Shown: positions 51,347-61,710 of the stretch, piece by piece
How positions within the stretch are numbered: position 1 is the stretch's first letter
How the letters are laid out: each line of letters opens with the position of its first letter
Assembly (NCBI GenBank): GCA_016200085.1
Contig: JACQFL010000028.1
Location: 26,809-90,808, forward strand
Length of the DNA: 64,000 bases
Origin: Candidatus Rokuibacteriota bacterium
GTDB taxonomy: Bacteria; Methylomirabilota; Methylomirabilia; Rokubacteriales; CSP1-6
Direction of reading: 5' to 3'
The notes under the pieces: generated by a model
The model's input: the letters and a program-made list of their open reading frames with translations, nothing else
Database searches by the model: none
Told to the model about the DNA's origin: nothing
Program-made: the position numbers and the translations under genes

Positions 51347-52354
51347 ATGAAGTTCGACGTTGGCATCCTGGGCAACCAGCCTGTCCCGATGATCGTGCGG
51401 CAGGCGCAGCTCGCCGAATCGCTCGGCTACGACACGGTGTGGATCGCGGACACGCACCTCGTCTGCCGCGAGCTCTGGGTCACCCTCACCGCCTGCGTGC
51501 TGGCCACCTCGCGCATCCGGCTCGGGCCCGGGGTCACGGTGCCGCACACGCGGCACATCTCGGTGACGGCCAGCGCCATGGCGACGCTGCACGAGATGGC
51601 CGAGGGGCGGCTCGTGCTCGGGATCGGCACCGGCGGCAGCTCGGCGGGGACGATGGGGCTCAGCGTGCAGCAGGTGGCGCGGGTCGCCACCCTGGAGGCC
51701 ATGACGGGCTCGCTGCGCCGCTTGCTCGGACGCGGCACCATGCGCTTCGACAGCGGCTCCGAGGGCGGCATCGCGTGGCTCGACCGCCCGCGCCCGGTGC
51801 CGATCTACGTGGCGGGCTCCGGCCCCAGGATGCTCGCCGCCGCGGGCCGGCTCGGCGACGGCGCGATCGTGTATTCCAGCGTGTCGCCCTCGATCCTCGG
51901 CCCCGCGCTCCGCTGCGTCGAGGAGGGCGCGCTCGCCAGCGGTCGGAGCCTCGACGATCTCGACGTCGCGGTGTGGGCGCCGACGTCGCTCGGCCGCGAC
52001 CGCGCGCTCGCGCGCGACCACGTCCGCGGCCGCGTCGCCTCGGCGCTGCGCCACGCCTTTCCCGTCGAGTTCAGCGCCGAGGACCGGGCGGCGATCCAGC
52101 GCGTGCGCGAGCAGTACGACTCGTTCCAGCACGCCACCGCGGGCTCGACGCACCGCACGCTCGTCCCCGACCGCTTCGTCGACCTGATGGCGCTCGCGGG
52201 CACGCCGGGCGAGGTGGTCGAGCAGGTGCGGGGTATCGCCACGCTGCCCGCGATCGATCGCGTCATCGTCCTGCCCCAGGTGCCGGGCGAAGGTTTCATC
52301 GAGCGCGAGAGCATCCTGCAGCTGTTCGCGGAGGAGGTCATCGCCCGCGTGTGA
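51347..52354 (+). CDS. LLM-class flavin-dependent oxidoreductase
   Basis: AESLGYDTVWIAD, TSRIRLGPGV, GRLVLGIGTG, GPRML. Confidence 0.9.
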   Translation: MKFDVGILGNQPVPMIVRQAQLAESLGYDTVWIADTHLVCRELWVTLTACVLATSRIRLGPGVTVPHTRHISVTASAMATLHEMAEGRLVLGIGTGGSSAGTMGLSVQQVARVATLEAMTGSLRRLLGRGTMRFDSGSEGGIAWLDRPRPVPIYVAGSGPRMLAAAGRLGDGAIVYSSVSPSILGPALRCVEEGALASGRSLDDLDVAVWAPTSLGRDRALARDHVRGRVASALRHAFPVEFSAEDRAAIQRVREQYDSFQHATAGSTHRTLVPDRFVDLMALAGTPGEVVEQVRGIATLPAIDRVIVLPQVPGEGFIERESILQLFAEEVIARV

Positions 52355-52395
52355 CGGCGCGGCGCGGACGGCGGCCGGCATGACCGGACGGGACG

Positions 52396-54375
52396 TCACC
52401 TCGAGCGGCCGCGGTCCAGCGCGGCGATGATCGCGTCGACGTCGTAGACGCAACCGCCCCACGTGCCGCCGCCGACCTGCTGCAGCGCCGCCCAGAGCCG
52501 GGTCTCGGCCGGCAGCTCGGGATCGGGCGTGAGATCGGCCCGCGGCGGACGCGTGGCCAGCACGCGCGCGCCCTCCTCGGGCGTGAAGCGCGCGCCGCCC
52601 GCGCCGACGAGGTCCACCCGGCCCTCGAGCCGATCGCGGTCGACGACGATCTCGATCACGTCGCCCTCCACGACCCGGCCGATGGGACCGCCCGCCAGCG
52701 CTTCGGGTCCCACGTGGCCGATGCAGGCACCCGTGGAGACGCCCGAGAACCGCGCGTCGGTCACGACGGCGACGTGCTTGCCGAACGACAGGTGCCGCAG
52801 CGCCGCCGTGATCTGGAAGATCTCCTCCATCCCTGCGCCCAGCGGCCCGCGGCAGATGAGCACGAGGACGTCGCCGGACTTGATGCCCTGGGGCCCCTGG
52901 CTCTTGATGGCCGCGATGGCGTCCCGCTCGCGCGTGAAGACGCGCGCGGGGCCGACCTTGCGGTAGACGCCGTCGGGGTCGACGACCGACGGGTCGATCG
53001 CCGTGCTCTTGATCACCGAGCCCTCGGGCGCGAGGTTGCCGCGCGGGAAGGTCACCGTGCTGGTGAGCCCCCTCGCGCGGGCGGCGTCCGGGGACAGGAT
53101 GACGTCGTCGGGATCGATGCCGTCGGCGCGCAGCCGGGCGCGCAGCGTGCGGCGGCGCTCGGAGGCTTCCCACCAGTCGAGCACGCGGCCCACGGTGTCC
53201 CCCGCGACCGTGAGGCACGAGGTCTCGAGCAGGCCGAGGCGCCGCAGGTGCAGCATGACCTCGGGCACGCCGCCGGCCAGGAACACGCGGACGGTGGGAT
53301 GGCCGACCGGGCCGTTCGGCAGGACGTCGACGATGCGCGGCACGCGACGGTTGATGGCGCTCCAGTCCTCGATGCCGGGGCGACGCAGCCCGGCGGCGTG
53401 GGCGATCGCAGGCAGGTGTAGCAGGAGGTTCGTGGAGCCGCCGAACGCCGCGTGCACGACCATGGCGTTGCGCACGGCCGCGTCGGTGAGGACGTCGCGG
53501 GTGGTGAGCCCGCGCGCCTCGAGGGCCACGAGCGCGCGGGCCGAGCGCCGCGCCATGTCCGTCCAGATCGGCTGTCCCGACGGAGCCAGCGCGCTGTGGA
53601 CGAGGGCCAGGCCCAGCGCTTCACCGATCACCTGCGAGGTCGCCGCCGTGCCCAGGAACTGGCATCCGCCGCCCGGCGAGCCGCACGCGCGGCAGCCCAG
53701 CTCGGCGGCCGCCTCGAGCGTGAGCTCGCCGTGGGCGAAGCGCGCCCCGATCGACTGGACCTTGCCCGCGTCCTCGCCGTCCGTCGGGGGCAGCGTGACC
53801 CCGCCGGGCACCAGCACGCCCGGCAGATCGCGGGTCGCGCCTAGCGCCATCATCATCGCGGGCAGGCCCTTGTCGCAGGTCGCCACGCCCAGCACGCCCC
53901 GCCGCGTCGGAAGCGAGCGGATGAGCCGGCGGAACACCTGCGCGGCGTCGTTCCGGTACGCGAGGCTGTCCATCATCCCGACGGTGCCCTGGGTGCGGCC
54001 GTCGCACGGATCGGAGACGAAGCCCGCGAACGGCAGCCCGCCGAGGGCGCGGAACTCGTCCGCGGCGGCCCGGCAGAGCAGTCCGATCTCCCAGTGGCCG
54101 GTGTGATAGCCGAGCGCGATCGGGTGGCCGTCCTCGGCGCGGATGCCGCCCTGGGTGCTCAGCATCAGGAACTGCGGCCGCCCCAGCTCGCGCGGGTCCC
54201 AGCCCATGCCCGCGTTCTGGGTCATCCCGAAGATGTCGCCGCTCGGACGCTCGAGCAACATCTCGGCGGTGAGGGGCAGCCGCCCGCTCGGGCCTGCTCC
54301 GGACGTGGCGATCTCCCAGACGGCCTCGGTTCCCACGATGGCCTCGAAGGCGGGGGGCGCGCTCACCTGCTTCAC
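52396..54375 (-). CDS. YjhG/YagF-family sugar-acid (D-xylonate) dehydratase
   Basis: [45 protein letters not shown]. Confidence 0.92.
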   Translation of the reverse strand: MKQVSAPPAFEAIVGTEAVWEIATSGAGPSGRLPLTAEMLLERPSGDIFGMTQNAGMGWDPRELGRPQFLMLSTQGGIRAEDGHPIALGYHTGHWEIGLLCRAAADEFRALGGLPFAGFVSDPCDGRTQGTVGMMDSLAYRNDAAQVFRRLIRSLPTRRGVLGVATCDKGLPAMMMALGATRDLPGVLVPGGVTLPPTDGEDAGKVQSIGARFAHGELTLEAAAELGCRACGSPGGGCQFLGTAATSQVIGEALGLALVHSALAPSGQPIWTDMARRSARALVALEARGLTTRDVLTDAAVRNAMVVHAAFGGSTNLLLHLPAIAHAAGLRRPGIEDWSAINRRVPRIVDVLPNGPVGHPTVRVFLAGGVPEVMLHLRRLGLLETSCLTVAGDTVGRVLDWWEASERRRTLRARLRADGIDPDDVILSPDAARARGLTSTVTFPRGNLAPEGSVIKSTAIDPSVVDPDGVYRKVGPARVFTRERDAIAAIKSQGPQGIKSGDVLVLICRGPLGAGMEEIFQITAALRHLSFGKHVAVVTDARFSGVSTGACIGHVGPEALAGGPIGRVVEGDVIEIVVDRDRLEGRVDLVGAGGARFTPEEGARVLATRPPRADLTPDPELPAETRLWAALQQVGGGTWGGCVYDVDAIIAALDRGRSR

Positions 54376-54459
54376 GGCTCTGGCTCCTTTGCGAAGATGA
54401 ACGGCGAGGCCCAAGTGTCTCACGACGGCCGGCGGCCGCGCGCGTCAGGGGGTCAACGA

Positions 54460-54596
54460 CGCGCGCGCCGAGCGCCGGGGGTCATCGAGGAGCGCCCCGG
54501 GGGACCCGGGGGCGCTTCCGAGCGTTGGGGGTATGGGGGCCATGTCGGGGCCCCCACGTCGATCAGTCGTCTGGGGGGCGCCCGGAGCCCCCCAGC
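54460..54596. repeat. Cluster of REP-like G/C hairpins
   Basis: agcgccccgg..ccgggggcgct, tgggggcc..ggccccca, and the 24-mer shared with 38087. Confidence 0.6.
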
Positions 54597-55528
54597 TTCG
54601 GATGTCCCCGGAAGAAGTCCCAGATCACCTCGGTGGCGTCGACGTCCCGGCAGACGCGCCCGATGACGCGCTCGGGCAGGTATTGCCGCCCGCCCGGCCA
54701 CGTGTGTCCCCCGCCCTCGAAGCGATACAGCACGACCTCGCTACCGTCGCGTCCGCCCGGGTAGACGTAGCGGCGGGCCCGACAGCCATCGTCCGGGTCG
54801 CGGTGGGCGACGTCCTCCACGACGGGGCTGAGCGCGCAGCCGTTGTGACGGACCCACAGCGCGACCACCGCGTCGGTGTCGAGGATACGGCCGCGGGGCC
54901 GGTTCATGAGGGTGATCGCGCCGCCGTGATACGGCACCAGCGGATCGTCGGTCCCCTGCATGATCAGGACGGACACCGCCGCGTCCGGCGTGAAGCGCAC
55001 CGGCTCGCCGAGCCCGCCCGCGACTGGCGCGATCGCCGCGATCCGTGAGGCGCGGCGAACCGCGAGGTACTGGGAGAAGATCGCGCCGTTGGAGATGCCC
55101 GTGGCATAGATCCGGCGGGCGTCGATCGCCCGGTCGCGCCCGACGGCGGCCAGAAGCGCATCCACGAACGCGACGTCGTCGATGCCGTCGCGGTACGAGG
55201 GGATGACGGGATCGTCGCGACCGTCGTTCCAGCTGCGATTCAGGCCATCCGGATAGACCGCGATGAAGCCGTCGCGATCGGCGAGCCGGTCGAAGCCGAT
55301 GGAGCGCTCGGTCGCGGCGCCCGTGGCGCCGCCCCCGTGGAAGACGAGCACGACGGGCAGGGGTCGATCCGCCCCGACGCCGGGAGGGACGTGGATCACG
55401 AAGGTGCGCTCCCGCCCGTCGACCTGCAGGGCTCTGGTCGACGACGCCGGCACCAGGGCGGCGATCCCCAGCGCGGCGAGCGCGACGGCCACACCGGTCA
55501 CCCACATCGCCCGGCGGTCAGCGGTCAC
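54563..55528 (-). CDS. Secreted esterase, PHB depolymerase/LpqC family
   Basis: FHGGG, AVYPDG, GISNGA, GTDDPLV, GGGHTWPG. Confidence 0.9.
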   Translation of the reverse strand: MTADRRAMWVTGVAVALAALGIAALVPASSTRALQVDGRERTFVIHVPPGVGADRPLPVVLVFHGGGATGAATERSIGFDRLADRDGFIAVYPDGLNRSWNDGRDDPVIPSYRDGIDDVAFVDALLAAVGRDRAIDARRIYATGISNGAIFSQYLAVRRASRIAAIAPVAGGLGEPVRFTPDAAVSVLIMQGTDDPLVPYHGGAITLMNRPRGRILDTDAVVALWVRHNGCALSPVVEDVAHRDPDDGCRARRYVYPGGRDGSEVVLYRFEGGGHTWPGGRQYLPERVIGRVCRDVDATEVIWDFFRGHPKLGGSGRPPDD

Positions 55529-55559
55529 GGACGGTCCTCACCCCGCTCGCTCACGACCC

Positions 55560-56009
55560 CCGTGGGACGTGCACGGGGGGCGGACCGTTTACGAGGTCGG
55601 CTCAGCGGCCGCGCGGCGACCTCGGGGCCGAAGCCCCGCCCGGCCGGCGCGCCGGCGCGGTACGACGGGCAGAACACGTCGGCCTCGCGGACGAGCGCGC
55701 GCAGGCGCCCGGTGTCGTCCTCCTGGCGCAGATCCAGACGCGTGGAGAGTTTGCCGCGTCCCACGTCGATCACGTGGTTGTCGAAGTGGGGCACGTGGCC
55801 AGCGCTCACCACATGACGTCGGCGCCCTGCTCGGCCAGCGTGCGGCCGCAGACCGGTCCCGCGATCACGGGCGTGAGGTCGAGCGTCCCGGCAGGACCGG
55901 ATCGCTGCTCGAGAGATTGACCTGCTCGAGCGCGGCCGGATCACCGCCGGCGAGCGACCAGAGCCCGGCCAGCGCGGCGCGGGCTTCGATCGGGATCATG
56001 AGGTCCATG
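55560..56009 (-). pseudogene. Family III (CaiB/BaiF) CoA-transferase remnant
   Basis: LWSLAGGDPAAL..DPVLP, LDLTPVIAGPVCGRTLAEQGADV and DVGRGKLSTRLDLR..LVREADVF lie in shifted frames with a large deletion. Confidence 0.8.
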
Positions 56010-56100
56010 GCCCAGCGCCGGGCGGCGCGATCCGCAAGCCTGGTGCCACGCGCCCCGCCTACACGAGGCGCGCGCCGAGCGTGGGGGGGCTCCCGCTGGA

Positions 56101-58104
56101 TCACATCAGGCCCATCCAGCGCCAGAGCGGGACGCTGGCGAGCAGGGCGACCAGCGTGGCGATCGCGAAGGCCAGCGCACCCCGCCGGGCCTGCCGGTGG
56201 GTGAAGATGTGCGGCTCGGCGCCGTGATAGAGCGCCAGGTACTGCGTGTTCTGGTACGGCGTCAGGAACGTGCTACACGCCATCAGGGTCGTCATCGCCA
56301 CCACCCACGGATCGATGCCCGCCGCCCGGGCGAACGGCATCATGGCCAGCACGAGCAGCGGCGCCGCGGCCTGCCAGCGCAGCACCAGCGTGACGCCGAC
56401 GGACAGGATCGCCAGCGCTCCGACGAAGAGGAGCGGCGTGTGGGCGAGCGGGCCCGCGATCCCCTTCACCATCGCCGTGAGCCAGCGGTCGAGGCCGGTC
56501 GTCTCGAAGACTCGCGCCATGCTGGCCAGGATCCCGAAGAGCAGCAGGAAGTCCCAGTCGATCGCCCGGAACACCTTCTTCTGGAGCACGCCGGCCACGC
56601 CCAGCACCCCGAGCGCAAGCGCGGCCAGCCATGCGGGATCGATCCCGTGCCACGGCTGGCTGGCGAAGCCGGCGAGCAGCACGATCGTCACCGCGAGCGT
56701 GACCTTCTCGCCCGGCGACGGACGGCCAAGCAGCGCCTGCTGGACGGCGAGGCGTTCGCGACGGTCGGTGCGGCTCGGGCGCGGGGCCGTGGCGGACGGC
56801 CGGTACAGCCACAGCAGCGCGACCAGGAAGGTCGCGAGGAGGATCGCGGTGGTCGGCGCCGCCCGCAGGCCCCACACCGTCCACGTGAGGCTCGCCCGCG
56901 TGGTCTCGGGCATGAGCGCGTAGACGAGCAGGGTCGTGCTCGAGCTCGTGAGGAAGGCGGCGACGGTCTGGCCGAAGCCGACGAGCACGGCCATGGCCAG
57001 CCCCGTGGCCGCGCGCGTGCCGAGCCGATAGCCGAGCGCCTCGATCAGCTCGCCGACCGCGGGAGCGAGGAGGGCGACGCGGCCGGTGGCGTTGGGCATG
57101 GCGGGCCCGATCAGCACCCCGGCGAGACAGAGCGCGATGGCCTGGCCCGCGTACGTCCCCGGCACGCGCCGCACCGACCAGAGCGCGAAGCGGTAGAGCA
57201 AGCCCGAGGCGCTGACCGCGGCGCCCACGGCGAGCGTCGCCACCTGGAGCGCCCACGCCGTGGAGGTGAAGCCGCTGACCGCAACCGCCGGCAGGGTCAC
57301 GCCGCCGATCACCCAGATCGACGCCAGGGTCAACGCCACCACGCCGTCGGGCAGCGCCTCGAACGCCAGGACGGCGACGAGGGCGACCAGGGTCCAGAGC
57401 GCGTGCCAGCCGCGGACCGGCAGGTCGGCGGGCGACGGCGTGAGCCAGCCCGCGGCGAGAGCGGCGGCGGCGAGCGCGACGCCGATCAGGGGACGCCACG
57501 TGATGGCGACGCGCCGGGCCCGCCGCCTCGGAAGCTCGACGGCGGTCGCGTCGATGCGAAGCGCGGTGCGCGCCGGCTCGCTCTCCGCCAGCGCGCCGGC
57601 CTGGTGCGCAGCGAGCACCAAGCGGTTGGCCGCGGCGAGCCGGCGGCTCACGGTGGCGGCCATCGCGAGCACGACCGTCGGATCGTCGCCCACCAGATCG
57701 AGAAAGCGCGCCCGCTCCAGGCGCACCGCCTCGACGGGGCCCTCGGCGCGTACGGTCGCCGAGCGCGGCTCGCCGGTCAGCAGGGCCATCTCGCCGATGG
57801 GATCGCCCGCGCGGGCCGTCGCGAGCCGCAGCGCGCCCGCCCCGTCCGTGCCCTGCTTGAAGACCCCGAGCTGGCCCCGCACGACGACGTACAGCGCGTC
57901 GCCCGGGTCGTCCTGGCGGCAGAGCACCCCGCCGTCCTGGAACCGACACAGCTCGAGGTGCGCGGCAAGGCGGGCCAGGCGGAGACGATCGAGCCCGCTG
58001 AAGAGGTCCACCCGGGCCAGCAGCGCCGCGTAGTCCGCGGCGGAGAGGGCGGAGGGCGTGGGGACGGCAGCGGGCTCGCCCGGTCCGCCCGGTTCGATCG
58101 GCAT
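56101..58104 (-). CDS. cNMP-binding domain fused to a DASS/SLC13 anion permease
   Basis: IGEMALLTGEPRSATV; many TM segments; PNATGR, IDWDFLLLFG, PYQN. Confidence 0.85.
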   Translation of the reverse strand: MPIEPGGPGEPAAVPTPSALSAADYAALLARVDLFSGLDRLRLARLAAHLELCRFQDGGVLCRQDDPGDALYVVVRGQLGVFKQGTDGAGALRLATARAGDPIGEMALLTGEPRSATVRAEGPVEAVRLERARFLDLVGDDPTVVLAMAATVSRRLAAANRLVLAAHQAGALAESEPARTALRIDATAVELPRRRARRVAITWRPLIGVALAAAALAAGWLTPSPADLPVRGWHALWTLVALVAVLAFEALPDGVVALTLASIWVIGGVTLPAVAVSGFTSTAWALQVATLAVGAAVSASGLLYRFALWSVRRVPGTYAGQAIALCLAGVLIGPAMPNATGRVALLAPAVGELIEALGYRLGTRAATGLAMAVLVGFGQTVAAFLTSSSTTLLVYALMPETTRASLTWTVWGLRAAPTTAILLATFLVALLWLYRPSATAPRPSRTDRRERLAVQQALLGRPSPGEKVTLAVTIVLLAGFASQPWHGIDPAWLAALALGVLGVAGVLQKKVFRAIDWDFLLLFGILASMARVFETTGLDRWLTAMVKGIAGPLAHTPLLFVGALAILSVGVTLVLRWQAAAPLLVLAMMPFARAAGIDPWVVAMTTLMACSTFLTPYQNTQYLALYHGAEPHIFTHRQARRGALAFAIATLVALLASVPLWRWMGLM

Positions 58105-58115
58105 CGATCGAGACT

Positions 58116-58502
58116 CTAGCGTCGAGACCCGGTCGTGTCGTGAGACGCCACGTCCCGCGGGAAGCCGTCGGCGCGAACGACGTCGTGCAGCCGCACCGGC
58201 GTATCGTCGCGCGAGGGCCGGCAGCCGTCACGCCGTGCCTCATCCTCGCACGCGTAACAGCGTTCCGGGCTTGCTTCCTCGTAGAAGCGGCTCGCCGGCA
58301 CGTAGTAGACGCGCCGGCCAGGCTCGTACGACGCGTAGCCCTTGATGGGATGCGACGCGGGGCACGTCCAGGGATCCTCGGGCGGCACACCCGGCCGGTC
58401 GGTGGCGCGAGCCGATGCAACCCGGACGGTGCTGATCATGGCCAGGACCACGAGAGACGCAACGATGAAATCAGTCAGTGGCGCTCGCCGGTTCGACGTC
58501 AT
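58116..58502 (-). CDS. Secreted hypothetical protein with a small CP..HPIKG domain
   Basis: CPASHPIKG...VYYVP..RFY..PERCY..EDEA..DGCR. Confidence 0.6.
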   Translation of the reverse strand: MTSNRRAPLTDFIVASLVVLAMISTVRVASARATDRPGVPPEDPWTCPASHPIKGYASYEPGRRVYYVPASRFYEEASPERCYACEDEARRDGCRPSRDDTPVRLHDVVRADGFPRDVASHDTTGSRR

Positions 58503-58538
58503 CGCTTCAGGTAGAGCCTCAGGGAATGGACGCCCCGG

Positions 58539-58979
58539 TCACATGATCGCCGACGTCCGCTCCCCGGCCGCCGGCCAGACGTTGAAGGCGGCGTCCCACT
58601 CGGCGATCATCCCGTCGCGCATGCGCCAGACCTCGAGCCCGTGCCCGGTCATCGCCACGCTCGTCCGGGCGTCCTCCCACGTGCCCTCCCAGAGGTTGGC
58701 GAGGACGTTGCCCTCCAGCGCGAGCAGGGTCTTGCGGAGCCGGTAGCCCTTCTGTCGCGCGAAGCGCGCCGCGAAGAACGCCCTGATGGCGTCGCGCCCG
58801 CGCTGCTCGGGCTGCTCGGCGAAGCGGAAGACACAATCGGGCGTGAAGCCGTGGACCAGGGCCTCGAGGTCACGACGGTGGAACATGTCCTCGACGATCC
58901 GCAGCAGGGCCTCGGCCTGGGCTCGGGTCCACCCTTCGGCACCTCTGGGAAGCACGACGGAGGCTGCGGCGACGGCCAT
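58539..58979 (-). CDS. SnoaL/NTF2-like protein
   Basis: GFTPDCVF...GRDAIRAFF...GLEVWRMRDGMIAEWDA. Confidence 0.85.
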   Translation of the reverse strand: MAVAAASVVLPRGAEGWTRAQAEALLRIVEDMFHRRDLEALVHGFTPDCVFRFAEQPEQRGRDAIRAFFAARFARQKGYRLRKTLLALEGNVLANLWEGTWEDARTSVAMTGHGLEVWRMRDGMIAEWDAAFNVWPAAGERTSAIM

Positions 58980-59005
58980 GGTGGCTCCCCTCAGCGACGC
59001 GGCGG

Positions 59006-59470
59006 CTAGAAGTACTGGATGCCCATGGTCTCGGCGACCAGCACGGGGCGCTCCTGCCCCTCGACCTCGACGGTCATCTGCGAGGTGATGCGCACGCCGT
59101 TGCCCTCGACATCCTCGACGTTGGCGATGCGCTGCCGGAGCCGGATCCGCGAGCCGGCGGGCACCGGGCCGGTGAAGCGCACCTTGTTGGAGCCGTAGTT
59201 GAGGCCCCGCGTGCGCTTCTCCACCCGGACGAGCGTGGCGGCCAGCCGCGGCACCAGCGAGAGCGTGAGATAGCCGTGGGCGATGGTCTTGCCGCCCGGC
59301 ATCTCGCGCTTGGCGCGCTCGACGTCCACGTGGATCCACTGGTGATCGCCGGTGGCCTCGGCGAACTTGTCGATCATCGCCTGGTCCACGGTCATCCAGT
59401 CGGAGGGGCCCAGCTCGCGGCCGATGTGCTGCTTGAGATCCTGCGGCGTCTCGACGATGAGTGTGCTCAT
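59006..59470 (-). CDS. MaoC-family dehydratase
   Basis: FAEATGDHQWIHVD, IAHGYLTL, NYGSNKVRF. Confidence 0.93.
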   Translation of the reverse strand: MSTLIVETPQDLKQHIGRELGPSDWMTVDQAMIDKFAEATGDHQWIHVDVERAKREMPGGKTIAHGYLTLSLVPRLAATLVRVEKRTRGLNYGSNKVRFTGPVPAGSRIRLRQRIANVEDVEGNGVRITSQMTVEVEGQERPVLVAETMGIQYF

Positions 59471-59529
59471 GGCCCCGCATGGTAGCCCACCCGGCCGCGC
59501 TCGTCGATACGGCCCCGGCCGACGGCCTC

Positions 59530-60033
59530 CTAGCCTCCGTAATAGATGTTGTCGCCGAGCTCCTTGAGCCAGAGCGTCGCGTCGTCCGCACGGCCCTGGG
59601 GCGCGGCGGCGAGACCGGCCTCGACCACCTCCCCCACGAAGACCGAATGGTCGCCGCGCTCGACGGTGTCGACCAGCCGGCACTCCACGAAGGCCGGGGC
59701 GCGCTCGAGCACGGGCGCGCCGGTGGCCCCCTTGCGGAAGGGCTCGCCGGAGATGGTCTGCCCCTCGCGCGTGGCCGGCTTGAAGAACGTGAAGGCGGCC
59801 TTCTGCTGGCCCTTGCCCAGCACGTTGAGCGCGAAGGCCCCCGAGTCCTTGATGATGGCGTGGATGTGGGAGTCGGCCTTCACGCCGACCACGACGAGCG
59901 GTGGCGCGAACGAGGCCTGGGTCACCCAGTTCACCGTCGCAGCGCCGATGGCGCCGTCCTTGCCCTCGGCGGTGAGGACGTAGAGCCCGTAGGGGATCAT
60001 TCGCAGCACGGTCTTCTTGGCGTTGGCATCCAT
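59530..60033 (-). CDS. Flavin reductase-like protein
   Basis: PYGLYVLT, QASFAPP, GAPVL, GDHSVFVGEV. Confidence 0.92.
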   Translation of the reverse strand: MDANAKKTVLRMIPYGLYVLTAEGKDGAIGAATVNWVTQASFAPPLVVVGVKADSHIHAIIKDSGAFALNVLGKGQQKAAFTFFKPATREGQTISGEPFRKGATGAPVLERAPAFVECRLVDTVERGDHSVFVGEVVEAGLAAAPQGRADDATLWLKELGDNIYYGG

Positions 60034-60064
60034 GGCAGCCTCTCCGTTGGTTGGTGGTGTCGCC

Positions 60065-61579
60065 TCACCAGGGATCGATCCCCCGGCGATCCGCCCGCGG
60101 CGTCCGCGCCGCCGGTGCGACGGCCAGAGCGCGCGCGAGGATATCGCGGGTGTCGGCCGGGTCGATGACGTCGTCGAGGCGGAACCGGCCGGCGAGCGCC
60201 CGCGCCGTGTGGTCCTGCCGCAAGCGCTCGGTGTGCGCGCGCCGCACGTCGCGCGGCGCTCCCGTGGCCTCGATCTCGTCGCGGTGCAGGATGTTCACGG
60301 CGCCCTCCAGCCCCATGCCGCCGAACTCCGCGCCGGGCCAGGCCACCGCGAGCACGGGATCGAAGGGCGGGGAGCCCATCGCGTAATAGCCGAGGCCGTA
60401 GGCCTTCCGCAGCACGACCGTGAGGATGGGTGCGCTCGCGCGCGCGAGAGCGTGGATCACGCGGGCGCTGTGACGGACGAGCGCCGTGGTCTCCACCTGC
60501 GGCCCCACCATGAATCCCGGCGTGTCCACGAGGAAGACCAGGGGCAGGCCGAACGCGTCGCACAGCTGGACGAAGCGCGCGATCTTGTCGGACGCGTTCG
60601 CGTCGATGGCGCCCGCCATCACCATCGGCTGGCTGGCGACGAGCCCGACGGGCCGGCCGTCGATGCGCGCCAGCGCGGTGACGACGTTGCGAGCGAACTC
60701 CGCGCGCAGCTCCATGGCGCTGTCGGCGTCGGCCAGCGCGGTGATGACCTTGCGCACGTCGTACGCCTGGCGCGCCGCCCCGGGCACCAGCGTGCGCAGG
60801 GCGTCGCGGGGAACCGGCGGATCGACAGGGTGGCCGCGCCCCTCGAAGAAGGCGAGGTACGTGCGGAGCGCGTCCACCGCCCGGGCGTCGTCCTCGACGA
60901 GCAGGTCGACGGCGCCCGCCCGGGCGTGGACCTCGACGGGGCCGATCTGCTCGGGGCTCAGCCGCTCGCCCGTGGCGGACTCCACCAGGGGGGGCCCGGC
61001 CATGCCCATGGTGGCGCGGCGGGTCGCCACCACGAGATCGCAGAGCCCGGCGAGGTTGGCGTGACCGGCAAACGCGGGCCCCACCACCGCGCAGACGACC
61101 GGCACCTGACCGGAGAGGCGGGCGAGCGACACGAAGGTCCGCGCGCTGGTCCCGAAGCCGATGCCCAGCTCCTGGGCGCGCGCGCCGCCGCCCTCCGAGA
61201 AGATCGCCACCGGCCAGGCGCGGGAGGCGGCCAGCGCGAGGATCCGATCGATCTTGAGATGACTCACGTGCCCCTGGCTGGCGCCGAGCACGGTGTAGTC
61301 GTACGACACCACGGCGAGGGGCCGGCCGCGCAGGGTGCCGACGCCGGTCACGATGCCGTCCGCCGGTCCGTCGAGGTCGGGGTGGGCCGGGCGCGCCAGC
61401 AAGCCATATTCGACGAACGATGTCGCGTCGAGGAGCCGGGCGATCCGCTCGCGCGCGGTGAGCGCGCCGCGGCGGTGCTGGCGCTCGACCGCGTCGGGCC
61501 GGCCGGCGTCGAGGAGGCGGGCGCGCTCGTCGCCGAAGGCCTGCGGCGACGGCGGAGGCTCGGAGGGGCTCGACGTCAC
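60065..61579 (-). CDS. Acyl-CoA carboxylase carboxyltransferase (PccB-like)
   Basis: LTARERI, DYTVLG, EGGGAR, DTPGFMVG, RKAYG, VIDPADTR. Confidence 0.9.
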   Translation of the reverse strand: MTSSPSEPPPSPQAFGDERARLLDAGRPDAVERQHRRGALTARERIARLLDATSFVEYGLLARPAHPDLDGPADGIVTGVGTLRGRPLAVVSYDYTVLGASQGHVSHLKIDRILALAASRAWPVAIFSEGGGARAQELGIGFGTSARTFVSLARLSGQVPVVCAVVGPAFAGHANLAGLCDLVVATRRATMGMAGPPLVESATGERLSPEQIGPVEVHARAGAVDLLVEDDARAVDALRTYLAFFEGRGHPVDPPVPRDALRTLVPGAARQAYDVRKVITALADADSAMELRAEFARNVVTALARIDGRPVGLVASQPMVMAGAIDANASDKIARFVQLCDAFGLPLVFLVDTPGFMVGPQVETTALVRHSARVIHALARASAPILTVVLRKAYGLGYYAMGSPPFDPVLAVAWPGAEFGGMGLEGAVNILHRDEIEATGAPRDVRRAHTERLRQDHTARALAGRFRLDDVIDPADTRDILARALAVAPAARTPRADRRGIDPW

Positions 61580-61642
61580 GCCACCTTGTAGCCGTCCGGC
61601 GACGGCCCCGTCAAGGGCGCCGGCTCCTCGCCGGCCCGCGTG

Positions 61643-61671
61643 TTGACCGTCCCCGGAGCACGCCGTAGAGT
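61643..61671 (+). promoter_or_regulatory. Putative sigma70 promoter
   Basis: TTGACC-17 nt-TAGAGT upstream of a GGAGG RBS. Confidence 0.55.
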
Positions 61672-61710
61672 CACGGCGCGGCCGACGATCGGCGGCGTGG
61701 GGAGGACGTG

